The position numbers and the translations under genes are program-made. From IMG/VR virus record IMGVR_UViG_3300042691_038938: 64,000 bases of DNA, one strand, 5' to 3'. Positions 1-9,545 of this stretch are shown here, one piece after another; position 1 is the first letter of the stretch; each line of letters begins with the position of its first letter. Under the pieces are notes generated by a model that worked only from the letters and a program-made list of their open reading frames with translations, was not told the origin of the DNA and ran no database searches. Source of the stretch: a virus. Lineage: Duplodnaviria > Caudoviricetes.

Positions 1-618
1 TTGAAAGTTCCATTCCTGTTTACCAATCATACGTATGCCTCAATGGATCAGTATACTCCTAAAGGAATGTCTGGAGGAGGCGGTCCTGAGTTTTCAGCCT
101 CAATCATCTTGATGTTAAGTAAAGGAACTTTGCGTGATGAGACCAAGACTACTACTGGAATCATTGTTAGATCCAAGACTAGAAAGAATCGATTAGCTAA
201 GCCTATCGATATCGAGTTTCACATCTCCTTTCATAAGGGAATGAATCAATTTGTCGGCCTTGAGCAATTCGTGAGTTGGGAAAACTGTGGAGTAGGTAGA
301 GGAAATAAACTTACTGAAAAGGAGTTCTCAAAACTTAAACCTGATGAGCAGTCTCTCTGTTCAGAGTTCGACGTCGATGGAGAAAAGTTTTATTTTCTTC
401 CTAAGAAGCTAGGAAAGAACTATGTGATTCGACACAATGGTGACTTAGTACCAGTAAAAGATTTCTTTTCAGCTCGTCTCTTTACTCAAGAGGTCTTACA
501 GGAATTAGATGAAAAAGTAATCAAGCCAACTTTTAAGTTTCCTGAATCTCAAGACGAAATAGATCTTTTAGAGAATGATGAACTTGGAAATTTGACCGAC
601 GATGAGGACTCGCTCTAA
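1..618 (+). CDS. uvsX: RecA-like recombinase UvsX, C-terminal part (5' truncated by window)
   Basis: FTNHTY...MSGGGG loop motif of RecA/UvsX, then KTRKNR and a GM..F.GL pattern; directly upstream of gp41-like helicase. Confidence 0.85.
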   Translation: MKVPFLFTNHTYASMDQYTPKGMSGGGGPEFSASIILMLSKGTLRDETKTTTGIIVRSKTRKNRLAKPIDIEFHISFHKGMNQFVGLEQFVSWENCGVGRGNKLTEKEFSKLKPDEQSLCSEFDVDGEKFYFLPKKLGKNYVIRHNGDLVPVKDFFSARLFTQEVLQELDEKVIKPTFKFPESQDEIDLLENDELGNLTDDEDSL

Positions 619-934
619 TCTTCCTATAAAGTACTATTTAGGGCTTCATAATGAGGAAGGACTAAGTGATAAGTTTTCCATTCTTTTTGAGATCTCACAA
701 TACTTAATTAGGGTCCATGAATCCAAAGGAAAGACTCTTGATATAGAATCAATGAAGTTCTCGTCTAAATCTCTAAAATATGTTTTTGGAGATAGGATAA
801 AAGATGAAACCTTTAAGTTAACTCTAGTTAAATCATTAAAGGAACTTATTTCTGACGAGTATATTAGACCTCAGGGAGATTTCATGTTCTTTACTAAAAA
901 AAGCATAACACATTTTTACATCATAAATGATTGA
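602..934 (+). CDS. hypothetical protein
   Basis: 110-aa ORF overlapping both neighbours, in operon orientation. Confidence 0.65.
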   Translation: MRTRSNLPIKYYLGLHNEEGLSDKFSILFEISQYLIRVHESKGKTLDIESMKFSSKSLKYVFGDRIKDETFKLTLVKSLKELISDEYIRPQGDFMFFTKKSITHFYIIND

Positions 935-2408
935 TTTTACCGAAAATATCGACTCTTTAGAGCTAATGGTTTGGAACTTTGTCCTGAATCCCAATAACGA
1001 TTCAAGTGAGCTTCGTCCATCTAACCATGATTCTCTAAGAAGAGAGGAACTGATCACAATGATCAAGCCAAACTATTTTAATGATGACGATCGGTTAGAA
1101 TCATTCAAAGCAGCGTTAAAGTTTTTTAGGGAATATGAAAAGATTCCAAATCGAAAAGAACTAAGAAGCTATTTAGACTTGATCCATGTGAACCTAACAG
1201 AGGATGAGTTTGAAAACCTGTACTCATTCAACCTAAAAGAATACAATTATGACTATCTATATAGTTACGTCAGAGCCTTTATTCTTCTGAGGAATCTAAA
1301 TCTTACTGTTCAGGATCTATTTACTTATTTAAAGACGACTGTGATCGATCCTAAAAACATCGATAAAGTATCAGAAAAAGTTAGGAATGATATTTCAAAC
1401 AAGCTAGCGCTAAACTTTTCTAGTGCAGATACTGGCCTAAACTTCTTTAATCCAGACTCTCACATTCAAATCTCAAAAGAAGGAAGCCCTACCGGTTTTC
1501 CTTTTCTAGACAAGGTGCAAGGTGGTGGCTGGAATTCAAAGTCGCTAGTCGTTTTCCAGGGAAGACCAAAGGTTGGTAAGTCAATGGTATTAGGAAACAT
1601 CGCAGCACGATCCTTTCTTTCAGGCAATGTTACTGGCTTGGTGACAGTGGAATTAGCTGACCGTGCCTACATGAAAAGAATCGGCTCAAACATCCTAAGT
1701 ATCAAATCTGAGGATTATGCAAAGGTGACTGACTCTCAAGCGGCCGTCTTAATTCAACAAAAGATCGAAGAACTTCGTCTTTCTGGTAGACATGTTGGTG
1801 AACTGATAGTAAAGGAATTTCCTACTGGAGGAGCGACTGCTATTGACATTGAGAATTACTTTATTAGACTTGAACAAAAACTAAATAAGAAATTTAAGGT
1901 CATAGTGGTCGATTACTTGAATCTACTTAAACCCATCAACAATCAGAATGGTCTCTATGAAAAGATCAAAGCAATCTCCGAGGAACTTAGAGGAGTCGCG
2001 ATGAGAAACGAATGGTGTATAATCAGTGCCACTCAAATTCGTAGAGAGGACATTGATAACTTTGACTTAGGCATGGATTCAGTCGCAGAGTCCTTTGGAT
2101 TGATCCACACAGTGGACGCCCTATTTGGTCTAATGCGAAGCCCTCTTGAGAGCAGGATGAAGATCAAAGTAATAGCGAATAGAGATAACGGCTATGAAGA
2201 AAGCTATAAGTTCTATACGATGCACAAAGATTACTTTAGGCTTTCTGAAGAGAATGGAGTAAATAGTGAATTCTACAGCGACGACGAAGAAGTTAGTCGA
2301 CTTGCTGATGAATTAAGAAATGAATATTCTGAATTGAATACAAACTCAACGTCACCAGTCAATACCCCATCGGATGATGACTATGACTCCCTATTCAATT
2401 CAATCTAA
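927..2408 (+). CDS. DnaB-like replicative helicase (T4 gp41-like)
   Basis: Walker A GRPKVGKS, VKEFPTG, Walker B VIVVDYLNLL, SATQ and ESFG motifs. Confidence 0.93.
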   Translation: MIDFTENIDSLELMVWNFVLNPNNDSSELRPSNHDSLRREELITMIKPNYFNDDDRLESFKAALKFFREYEKIPNRKELRSYLDLIHVNLTEDEFENLYSFNLKEYNYDYLYSYVRAFILLRNLNLTVQDLFTYLKTTVIDPKNIDKVSEKVRNDISNKLALNFSSADTGLNFFNPDSHIQISKEGSPTGFPFLDKVQGGGWNSKSLVVFQGRPKVGKSMVLGNIAARSFLSGNVTGLVTVELADRAYMKRIGSNILSIKSEDYAKVTDSQAAVLIQQKIEELRLSGRHVGELIVKEFPTGGATAIDIENYFIRLEQKLNKKFKVIVVDYLNLLKPINNQNGLYEKIKAISEELRGVAMRNEWCIISATQIRREDIDNFDLGMDSVAESFGLIHTVDALFGLMRSPLESRMKIKVIANRDNGYEESYKFYTMHKDYFRLSEENGVNSEFYSDDEEVSRLADELRNEYSELNTNSTSPVNTPSDDDYDSLFNSI

Positions 2409-2424
2409 AAATAATCGAACATGA

Positions 2425-2982
2425 ATGACGATAGACGATTTTACAGAAGAATTTGAAAACGAAGAGACCCAGAGTTTTGAGATTCGCGAAGATAAAATAT
2501 TTAACAATAGCTATTATAACGGCGATAAACTAAAGGATTCTGATGAATATGAGTTTTCAAAAAAGATATCAGTCGCATCGGACTACTCAGATAACTACTT
2601 AAAGGACCTTTATGATTATGAAGAGCAGCTAGAATCAAAGTTCATACTTGATGCGATCTTTGATCTATTTCAAACGGACGAGATATTATTAACCTATACC
2701 TCTGCCCTTTCTAAGGACAAGAACTTGCCGAAGGTGAAACTCTCAAAAGAGGACATCAATCTCATCTTCAATACAGTTCATGAAAACTTGGATTTGGCTG
2801 CACATGGAATAAGTTTCTACAGTCCAATTTACATATTGGAAGCAATCTCATCAATCTCTTCAATGGAATATAAAAAGATATTTGATGCCTTGGAAACAGA
2901 CACTCAAGAAATCCTAATAATTGAACTAAATAAGAAATACCGATTCCTAGACGGAAAGATGAACAAAAAAAAGATACACTAA
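2425..2982 (+). CDS. hypothetical acidic protein
   Basis: 185-aa ORF in operon; C-terminal helices loosely resemble gp33 (weak). Confidence 0.6.
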   Translation: MTIDDFTEEFENEETQSFEIREDKIFNNSYYNGDKLKDSDEYEFSKKISVASDYSDNYLKDLYDYEEQLESKFILDAIFDLFQTDEILLTYTSALSKDKNLPKVKLSKEDINLIFNTVHENLDLAAHGISFYSPIYILEAISSISSMEYKKIFDALETDTQEILIIELNKKYRFLDGKMNKKKIH

Positions 2983-3209
2983 TGACTTGGATAAAATTTA
3001 CTCACACTGGTGGAACTTCATATCTTAATCTTGACCAGTACTATACTTTTGAGGAGACTGCACCCGCAGTTTTGACTTTCTATGATGCTGGTTCAGGATC
3101 GGCCACTAACTACACTTTCTCTTCAGCTTCTGCTTTGGCAACATTTGTTAAGAAACTTGAGAGCCTTTCTAGAGTAATTGATATTGATCAGTTATCTATA
3201 CAAGCATGA
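2982..3209 (+). CDS. hypothetical protein
   Basis: 75-aa ORF translationally coupled on both sides (TAATG and ATGA overlaps). Confidence 0.65.
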   Translation: MTWIKFTHTGGTSYLNLDQYYTFEETAPAVLTFYDAGSGSATNYTFSSASALATFVKKLESLSRVIDIDQLSIQA

Positions 3210-4312
3210 CATTAAAAGGAGTTCGCAAAATATTTGTCTTGGGTGATCTTCACCTAGGCGTAAGAAATAACTCGTTAGAGTGGTCGGAAATACAAAGCGA
3301 TTTTCTTCTGGACTTTTTCTTAAAGAAAGTAGATGAAGAAGGATTTGATCCTGAACAGGACATACTCGTACAGGTAGGGGATTGGAATCACGTCAGAGAA
3401 TCTACTAATACTAGAATCTATAAGCTTTCCTTGAAGATTGCTGAAAAGTTGACCTCCAAGTTCAAGAGAGGCGTTTTTGTGATCTTGGGAAATCATGATG
3501 TGTATTATAAAGATCGAACTGATACTCACTCACTAGAGGGATTTGATAAGATTTATGAAAACTTTCACGTATTCGAAGAGCCTGAGACACTGACGATAAA
3601 CTCCCATCGATTCTTAATGATGCCTTGGGTGGAAAACTTGGAAGATCTCAAGAAAAAGGTTTCATCTAGACCAGCAGACTTTGTTTTTTGTCATGCTGAC
3701 ATCAAGGGATTTAGCTTGAATTCCTTTCAAAAGCTTGAACACGGCCTAGAGGGAAAGGACTTGAGTCCATTCAAGAGAATTTATTCAGGTCACATCCACA
3801 TTCGACAAGAGAAGGGTAACGTGCTCTATGTCGGCACTCCATACGAGATGGACAGGGGAGATCGAGGAAACACTAAAGGCTTCTACGTACTAGACGTTAG
3901 CGGAAAAGAGGTTTCTGAAAAGTTCATTGAGAATACAGTATCCCCTAGACACGTAAAACACGACGTGTATGATCTTCTAAACTTAAACTTGGAAGAGATC
4001 GCTGAACTATTTAAGAACAACTTTGTGGATCTTACTATCGAGTCCTCTTTTTCTCAAAGATTTCCAATGTCTCAGTTTACTGAGATGATCAAGGATCTTG
4101 GGCATCGTCGAGCTGAATTTTTCTCCTATTCTAGAGAACAGCTTAAAAAGAACAGTGAGGTTGAGATAGATTCAAGCTATGAGTATAACATCTTTACAAT
4201 ACTAGATGAGAATCTTCGTGAAATGAACCTACCTGACAGTCAGGCATCTCTGATAAGCTCCACATTCAAGGAGATCTATGATTCTTTAAAAAACACTAAA
4301 CAATACGATTAA
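3206..4312 (+). CDS. Mre11/SbcD-like recombination nuclease (gp47)
   Basis: Metallophosphoesterase motifs GDLHLG, GDW, GNHD, FCHAD, SGHIH; adjacent to gp46. Confidence 0.93.
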   Translation: MTLKGVRKIFVLGDLHLGVRNNSLEWSEIQSDFLLDFFLKKVDEEGFDPEQDILVQVGDWNHVRESTNTRIYKLSLKIAEKLTSKFKRGVFVILGNHDVYYKDRTDTHSLEGFDKIYENFHVFEEPETLTINSHRFLMMPWVENLEDLKKKVSSRPADFVFCHADIKGFSLNSFQKLEHGLEGKDLSPFKRIYSGHIHIRQEKGNVLYVGTPYEMDRGDRGNTKGFYVLDVSGKEVSEKFIENTVSPRHVKHDVYDLLNLNLEEIAELFKNNFVDLTIESSFSQRFPMSQFTEMIKDLGHRRAEFFSYSREQLKKNSEVEIDSSYEYNIFTILDENLREMNLPDSQASLISSTFKEIYDSLKNTKQYD

Positions 4313-5979
4313 TGAGGTTACAGGAATTTTCTTATAAGAACATCATATCCTATGGAAACAAGCTTCAGACTTTTAAGTTTGATGACGGTCCTCGCCTCAT
4401 TCTAGTGGAGGGAGAAAACGGTGCTGGAAAGTCTTCTATCAAAGAAGCTCTGACCGTTTCAATATACGGCAGATCAGCTATTCGAAAGATGAAGGATATT
4501 CCAAACTGGATAAATCGAAACGCTTACACTAACGTAAAATTCGTCACTAATTCAGGAGAATCTATCGAAATAGACAGAGGAATCGATCCAAATTTTAGTG
4601 ACATCAAGATAAACGGTGCTCACTTCAATCTTCCAGACAAGAGAAAGGTCGATGAATTCATTGAGGAAGAACTAGTAAAGATCCCATTTACAGTCTTTTG
4701 TAATACAATCTCTCTTTCCTTTGATGACTTTAAGTCCTTTGCTAACTTAAGCAAGGACGATAAGAGAAAGATCATAGACCGAATATTTGGGATAGACATC
4801 CTAAGCGATATGCGAGCTAAGGTCAAGGACAAGCTTAGGGAAAACAAGTCAGAGCTTGACCTTCTTGAACTTGCGACTTCACGAAACGAATCAAATCTTT
4901 CTAATTATCGGGACCAGCTGGATTCCCTAAAGAATAGGCTTGCTAAAAAGAAAGAAGAACTCACTGAGAAGCTTCAAGCAGAGATTAAATCAAAAAAGAA
5001 AGAGGTAGACTCTGCACTACAAAAAAAGAACGATCACCAAACCAAGATAAAAGACAATGCTGCTCTGCTTACCAGTGCAAAACAGGACAGAGATAAGATG
5101 AAATCTTCTATTTCTGATCTTTCCTCTAAGTTAAATCTCTACTCAAAGAATAGGTGCCCTCATTGTCTAAATGACCTTCACTCTGACTCCTCAGTTGAGA
5201 TAAAAGAAAAGATTGAACAGAAATTAGACGCTCTAAAAAAGAGTCTTCCTGATGCTCAGAAGAAGGTGGAAGATCTAGATGAGCTTGCGACTTCTCTTCT
5301 TTTTGATAAAGGCGATATCGATTCAGACTACTTCAATCGAAAGGCTGAACTGAGCGGATTGGAGAACTCACTCGAGGCTGCTCAGGAGACAGACAATCCG
5401 GAAGAAGTGTCTTCAATCACCAAGATCATAACTGATCTAGAGACTCAAATGAAGACTGATCAGAACTCCTCTTACTCTTTGACTGAATCTCGTAATCTTT
5501 ATCTTAGGCTAGACGATCTCCTCTCTGATTCCGGAATAAAGAAATCAATGATCGACAAGATCATCCCTACCCTAAATAGTAGGATACTTGAGATTTCAGA
5601 AAAATTAGAATTTAAGTTTCAATTTGAGTTCAATAATGAGTTTGATCCGGTCATCACCTATTTAGGAATGCAGGTCTCACCAGACAGCCTCTCTAGCGGT
5701 CAGCGAAAAAAGATGAATCTAATCATCCTACTCGCTTTTATTGAGATCATCAAAATGAAACACAATCACATGAACGTGATGTTTTTAGATGAAATCTTTA
5801 GTTCTTTAGACAAGATCAATGTGTATAAAGCGATCGAGATCCTTAAAGAATACGCGATAAAATACAACATGACCATTTTTGTTGTGTCGCATGAAGCTTT
5901 ACCTGAAGAGTTCTTTGATTATAAAATCATGGTGAATCAAGTAGATCATTTTTCTGAGATGGAAATAATTAAAATCTAA
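4312..5979 (+). CDS. Rad50/SbcC-like ATPase (gp46)
   Basis: Walker A GENGAGKSS, coiled coil with CPHC zinc hook, signature LSSGQ, Walker B FLDEIF, H-loop SH. Confidence 0.95.
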   Translation: MRLQEFSYKNIISYGNKLQTFKFDDGPRLILVEGENGAGKSSIKEALTVSIYGRSAIRKMKDIPNWINRNAYTNVKFVTNSGESIEIDRGIDPNFSDIKINGAHFNLPDKRKVDEFIEEELVKIPFTVFCNTISLSFDDFKSFANLSKDDKRKIIDRIFGIDILSDMRAKVKDKLRENKSELDLLELATSRNESNLSNYRDQLDSLKNRLAKKKEELTEKLQAEIKSKKKEVDSALQKKNDHQTKIKDNAALLTSAKQDRDKMKSSISDLSSKLNLYSKNRCPHCLNDLHSDSSVEIKEKIEQKLDALKKSLPDAQKKVEDLDELATSLLFDKGDIDSDYFNRKAELSGLENSLEAAQETDNPEEVSSITKIITDLETQMKTDQNSSYSLTESRNLYLRLDDLLSDSGIKKSMIDKIIPTLNSRILEISEKLEFKFQFEFNNEFDPVITYLGMQVSPDSLSSGQRKKMNLIILLAFIEIIKMKHNHMNVMFLDEIFSSLDKINVYKAIEILKEYAIKYNMTIFVVSHEALPEEFFDYKIMVNQVDHFSEMEIIKI

Positions 5980-6009
5980 TCGAATCTTTGTATATTTATT
6001 CAAATCGTG

Positions 6010-6037
6010 AAACTTTTTTACGATCACTGAATATAAT
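6010..6037 (+). promoter_or_regulatory. putative early/middle promoter AAACTT-N16-TATAAT
   Basis: The same two-box pattern recurs at 29462, 55036 and 58972, each just upstream of a gene start. Confidence 0.5.
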
Positions 6038-6044
6038 ATATAGC

Positions 6045-6281
6045 ATGAAGACAAAGATTCACATCAATCAACATCATATTAGATCTAATAAGACCAGCGG
6101 TACTGATCTTCCTGTTGTGACTATAAAGCAGGGAAAGAAGAACACCTACTGCAATGAAGTGGAGATCATGGGACCTAGTAAAATAGTCTATGGTGGTCAT
6201 GGGTGTGATGCAAAAGCTTTACTTAGTTGTGGAGCTAGAGTAATTATTGAGACTGAAAGCGAAATTAAAATACTAAGATAA
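6045..6281 (+). CDS. conserved-type phage hypothetical protein (MKTKIHINQH...)
   Basis: ORF track start 5988 overlaps the promoter; the ATG at 6045 follows it. Confidence 0.65.
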   Translation: MKTKIHINQHHIRSNKTSGTDLPVVTIKQGKKNTYCNEVEIMGPSKIVYGGHGCDAKALLSCGARVIIETESEIKILR

Positions 6282-6282
6282 C

Positions 6283-7155
6283 ATGATAATCTATCAATCA
6301 AGAGGATTTGCAGAAGTATATGAGGAAGCTCTTTACGATCTAATCAAGCATCCTGAGTATACTACTCAACCTAGAGACATGAAGATCAAGGAGAACTGTG
6401 ACGTTGCTCTAGTAATTGAGGATCCTCTCTCTTGTCTATACACAAATCCAGAAAGGTCTTCCCAATCTAAATACATCGCTGCCGAGCTCCTATGGTATTT
6501 TATGGGCAGAAATGATGTTGAGTACATCTCAAAGTTTGCCAAGTTTTGGGAATCGATCAAAAACGATGATGATACTGTAAACTCATCGTATGGAAACCTT
6601 CTCTTTACTAACAAGAATGAGCATGGGTTAACTCAATATCAATGGGCATTAGAATCATTAGTTAAGGACAAGGATTCACGACAAGCGATCCTGCACTTTA
6701 ACTTGCCTATCCATCAGAGATACGGTAATAAGGATTTTGTTTGCACAGTATATGGGATCTTTCAGATTAGGAACAATAAGCTAAACTTTACCGTTCACAT
6801 GCGCAGCAATGACGTGATCTTAGGTCTTCCGACTGATGTTGCTTTCTTTGCGACTCTGCAGAGTCAGATGTTAAAACATCTAAGACACGAAGGTGGATAT
6901 ACTAATTTAGAGTTAGGCATATACACTCACATCGCGAACTCATTCCACGTTTACGAGAGACACTTTGATCTTGTTGAGCGAATGATCAAGCATAAGTTTG
7001 AGCCGGACTCAATTCCAAAAGTTGAGTGTAACTTAATTAAAACAGATGGCGCTCCGACATCAGCATTCAGTTACCTGTTTGATGTACAGGACAGGATCGT
7101 TGCAGCAACCGGCGATGACCTATTTGATTGGATCCTAACTAATTTGAACTCATGA
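6283..7155 (+). CDS. thymidylate-synthase-fold enzyme, probably dCMP hydroxymethylase-like (gp42-like)
   Basis: DFVCT catalytic Cys, MRSNDVILGLPTD with Asp at the Asn177-equivalent position, HVYERHF; these match T4 gp42 motifs as I recall them (DFMCT, MRSNDVVFGFRND, HVYSRHF). Confidence 0.75.
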   Translation: MIIYQSRGFAEVYEEALYDLIKHPEYTTQPRDMKIKENCDVALVIEDPLSCLYTNPERSSQSKYIAAELLWYFMGRNDVEYISKFAKFWESIKNDDDTVNSSYGNLLFTNKNEHGLTQYQWALESLVKDKDSRQAILHFNLPIHQRYGNKDFVCTVYGIFQIRNNKLNFTVHMRSNDVILGLPTDVAFFATLQSQMLKHLRHEGGYTNLELGIYTHIANSFHVYERHFDLVERMIKHKFEPDSIPKVECNLIKTDGAPTSAFSYLFDVQDRIVAATGDDLFDWILTNLNS

Positions 7156-7409
7156 AGAATCACATTAAAAGAATACTGATCACGATAGCTACGCTATCTT
7201 TAATCGCCTTAATATGTAACCTAACCTATGATTGGTCGGGACTGGACAAAAAGTTTGGAATGGAGTTCTCTTTCTTTCAATGGTATGCGATGGTGATACT
7301 CGCGAATCTACTCTTTCCAGGCAAAGACATTTTTAAACAACAAGAAGAAAAAAAAGATGACAACAAAGGACCTAAAATACCACGTGACATACCTTCGCAT
7401 GGCCTCTGA
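7152..7409 (+). CDS. small membrane protein
   Basis: Two hydrophobic segments; ATGA-coupled to the upstream gene. Confidence 0.6.
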   Translation: MKNHIKRILITIATLSLIALICNLTYDWSGLDKKFGMEFSFFQWYAMVILANLLFPGKDIFKQQEEKKDDNKGPKIPRDIPSHGL

Positions 7410-7776
7410 GTGGGCATCACTCTCTTGCTGTAAGCGAAAAAAGGTAGGCGCACTAATCGTTAAGGACGGTACGATAATCTCAGACGGATTTAATGGAACT
7501 CCTAAGGGGTTTCCAAATGACTGTGAAGACGCAGACGGCAACACTCATTGGTATGTTCTACACGCTGAGGCGAATGCCATGCTAAAGGTTGCTCGCTCTA
7601 CTCAAAGCACGGAAGGTGCGACCTTATATGTTACCTACTCTCCTTGTAAAGAGTGTTCAAAGATGATAGTCCAGTCTGGAATCAAGCGAGTGATCTATCG
7701 AGAGGAATACCGGGACCTTTCAGGAGTAAAGATATTAAGAGAGGCAGGAATAGATGTCGTTCAACTTTCAGTGTAA
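7357..7776 (+). CDS. dCMP deaminase
   Basis: VGALIV, GFNG, HAEANA and PCKEC zinc motifs. Confidence 0.92.
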   Translation: MTTKDLKYHVTYLRMASEWASLSCCKRKKVGALIVKDGTIISDGFNGTPKGFPNDCEDADGNTHWYVLHAEANAMLKVARSTQSTEGATLYVTYSPCKECSKMIVQSGIKRVIYREEYRDLSGVKILREAGIDVVQLSV

Positions 7777-8198
7777 TGGAAAAGAGAAACATGGACATAA
7801 TATTTGTTAAAGACTATAAGAGCTTCATTCAGAACTTTGGACAGAAAGAAAAGGATAACTACGTTCTAAATGTGAGCAAGTTGATCAAAGATAAATTTAG
7901 CACAAAATTCATAGTCCCAAACAAAGTACAGTCATTTCTCTTAAATTATGAGATAAAAAAGCTGCTAGACAAGGCAATCACGCTAAAGAATGATAAGTAC
8001 ACAAAGATAGTTTACTTGAATTCAAACTTATCCGCTGCTACCATCCTAAACACAATAGATTTTATTGAGGATGAGTACTCAGATTTTAAGTTTTCTTACT
8101 TCTTAGTGAATTCAGAAGAGTTAGGAATTGAAGACCTTGGAGAGTCAGTCAAGATAATAAATGGAGATCAATCGTCTCCCCACTCGTCTCCTAAGTAG
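7777..8198 (+). CDS. hypothetical protein
   Basis: ATG immediately after the deaminase stop (MEKRNMDIIF...); track start 7653 overlaps the deaminase. Confidence 0.6.
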
Positions 8199-8935
8199 TC
8201 AACAACGTCTTCTACTTTGTCCTTCCAGCTTTCTGGAAAAAATCCAGCTTCAAACTCATCCCAATTAGGTTCTTCAGAATCCTCTTCTTCATCGTATTCA
8301 TCTTCAGAATAACTCTCTTCGGGATACATTCCTGCATCCATCATGGCCGGTTCTTCGCTTGGATTCATTCCATACCCAAAATAGTCATCGCTAGGATTTG
8401 CACCGGCTTGAATGTTCTTTAACCATTTAAGGTCTTCTTTACTAGGCTGCCCAAACTCAGTAGGAAGCTCGGCAAGCATGGCTTTCATCTCCGCGTCCTC
8501 TTCTCCCTCTTCACCTGGGTTTGCGCCAGCCTCGTAAGATCTTAATTCGTCCTCAATCTCAGATAGAGACTTTTCCTCGTTGACGAATCTTTTGAATGAT
8601 TCATATGATTTACCCTCACTAGTTGGATCGTATTCGATCACAGGAACAGCTGTCCTGTATGGGTCTGTATACTTAAATGGTTTCTTGTTCTCCTGCTTGT
8701 AGACCAAATCGTGAGTCATTGCCTTGTAAGTAGGATTGTACACCTGGTTAGAGAATGCAGGATCCCTTTCAACAGTTCGTTGATAATCTGCTAATTTAGG
8801 ATTCTTGTTGATCTTTCTTCCTCTTTCGTCCCTTAGGGCGATCGCAGAAGAAGGACCTCCGAATCCAGGTTTCTTTAGATCCATGTAGTTATCAAAATCC
8901 ATGATGTCTCTACGATGAGCGTTGAACATTTCCAT
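8168..8935 (-). CDS. hypothetical acidic late protein
   Basis: Start moved to ATG 8935, downstream of the tail tube stop; D/E-rich C-terminus; internal SYESFKRFVNEE motif. Confidence 0.7.
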   Translation of the reverse strand: MEMFNAHRRDIMDFDNYMDLKKPGFGGPSSAIALRDERGRKINKNPKLADYQRTVERDPAFSNQVYNPTYKAMTHDLVYKQENKKPFKYTDPYRTAVPVIEYDPTSEGKSYESFKRFVNEEKSLSEIEDELRSYEAGANPGEEGEEDAEMKAMLAELPTEFGQPSKEDLKWLKNIQAGANPSDDYFGYGMNPSEEPAMMDAGMYPEESYSEDEYDEEEDSEEPNWDEFEAGFFPESWKDKVEDVVDYLGDEWGDD

Positions 8936-8951
8936 CCTCAATCTTAATTTT

Positions 8952-9530
8952 TTATACGATAATCTCGCCGATTCTAGTTTCTCGCCAGTAGTCAGCTCGA
9001 TATGTTGCACTAACTCCAAAAAGAGTGGTTCCTCCAGCATAATCTAGAGAAAGCTCACTCAGCTTAGTCGTCGGAAACACGGATGGAAACTTCCATTCTC
9101 TAAAGATGTCTCCTCGTTTGTTGAATACCACACATGCGATCTCACCAACATACTCTCTCTTGAGTCCTTGTGAACCCGTTTGAGGGTTGTACATGATATC
9201 GTTCCATGCTCTAAGGATGTTGTAAACGTATGCGTCGTTCTCCTCGTTCAAGTTGACTGTGAAGTCTATCACTAGATCAGCAGTCGTCTTGTCAGGAACT
9301 GCTCCAGCGTAGCTTCTACTAGCGAACTTATACTTTTGTTCAACCACTGTACCTGATGACTGGATCTCAGGCAAACCTGTGATCTTGGTCACGTGTTCTA
9401 CTAAAAGAGCAACATTCGGCCCTCCGATCACTGCCGGCGGAGTTATTACCACCTCAAATTGGTTCTGATATATGGGTTCGTAGTAGTTAACTGCTGCTAC
9501 TGAATTGGTCCAATACGGTAAACCTGCCAT
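8952..9530 (-). CDS. tail tube protein (gp19-like)
   Basis: 192 aa; FEV...RSYAG, FTVNL, LRAWNDIMYNPQTG, FPT..S...LDY and F.ADYW-type patterns typical of T4-like tube proteins. Confidence 0.8.
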   Translation of the reverse strand: MAGLPYWTNSVAAVNYYEPIYQNQFEVVITPPAVIGGPNVALLVEHVTKITGLPEIQSSGTVVEQKYKFASRSYAGAVPDKTTADLVIDFTVNLNEENDAYVYNILRAWNDIMYNPQTGSQGLKREYVGEIACVVFNKRGDIFREWKFPSVFPTTKLSELSLDYAGGTTLFGVSATYRADYWRETRIGEIIV

Positions 9531-9545
9531 TTCGTAATGATTATT

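Noticed and set aside
6283-7155. Canonical thyA annotation
   Set aside because: It lacks the PCH and GLPFN signatures and has DFVCT and GLPTD instead.
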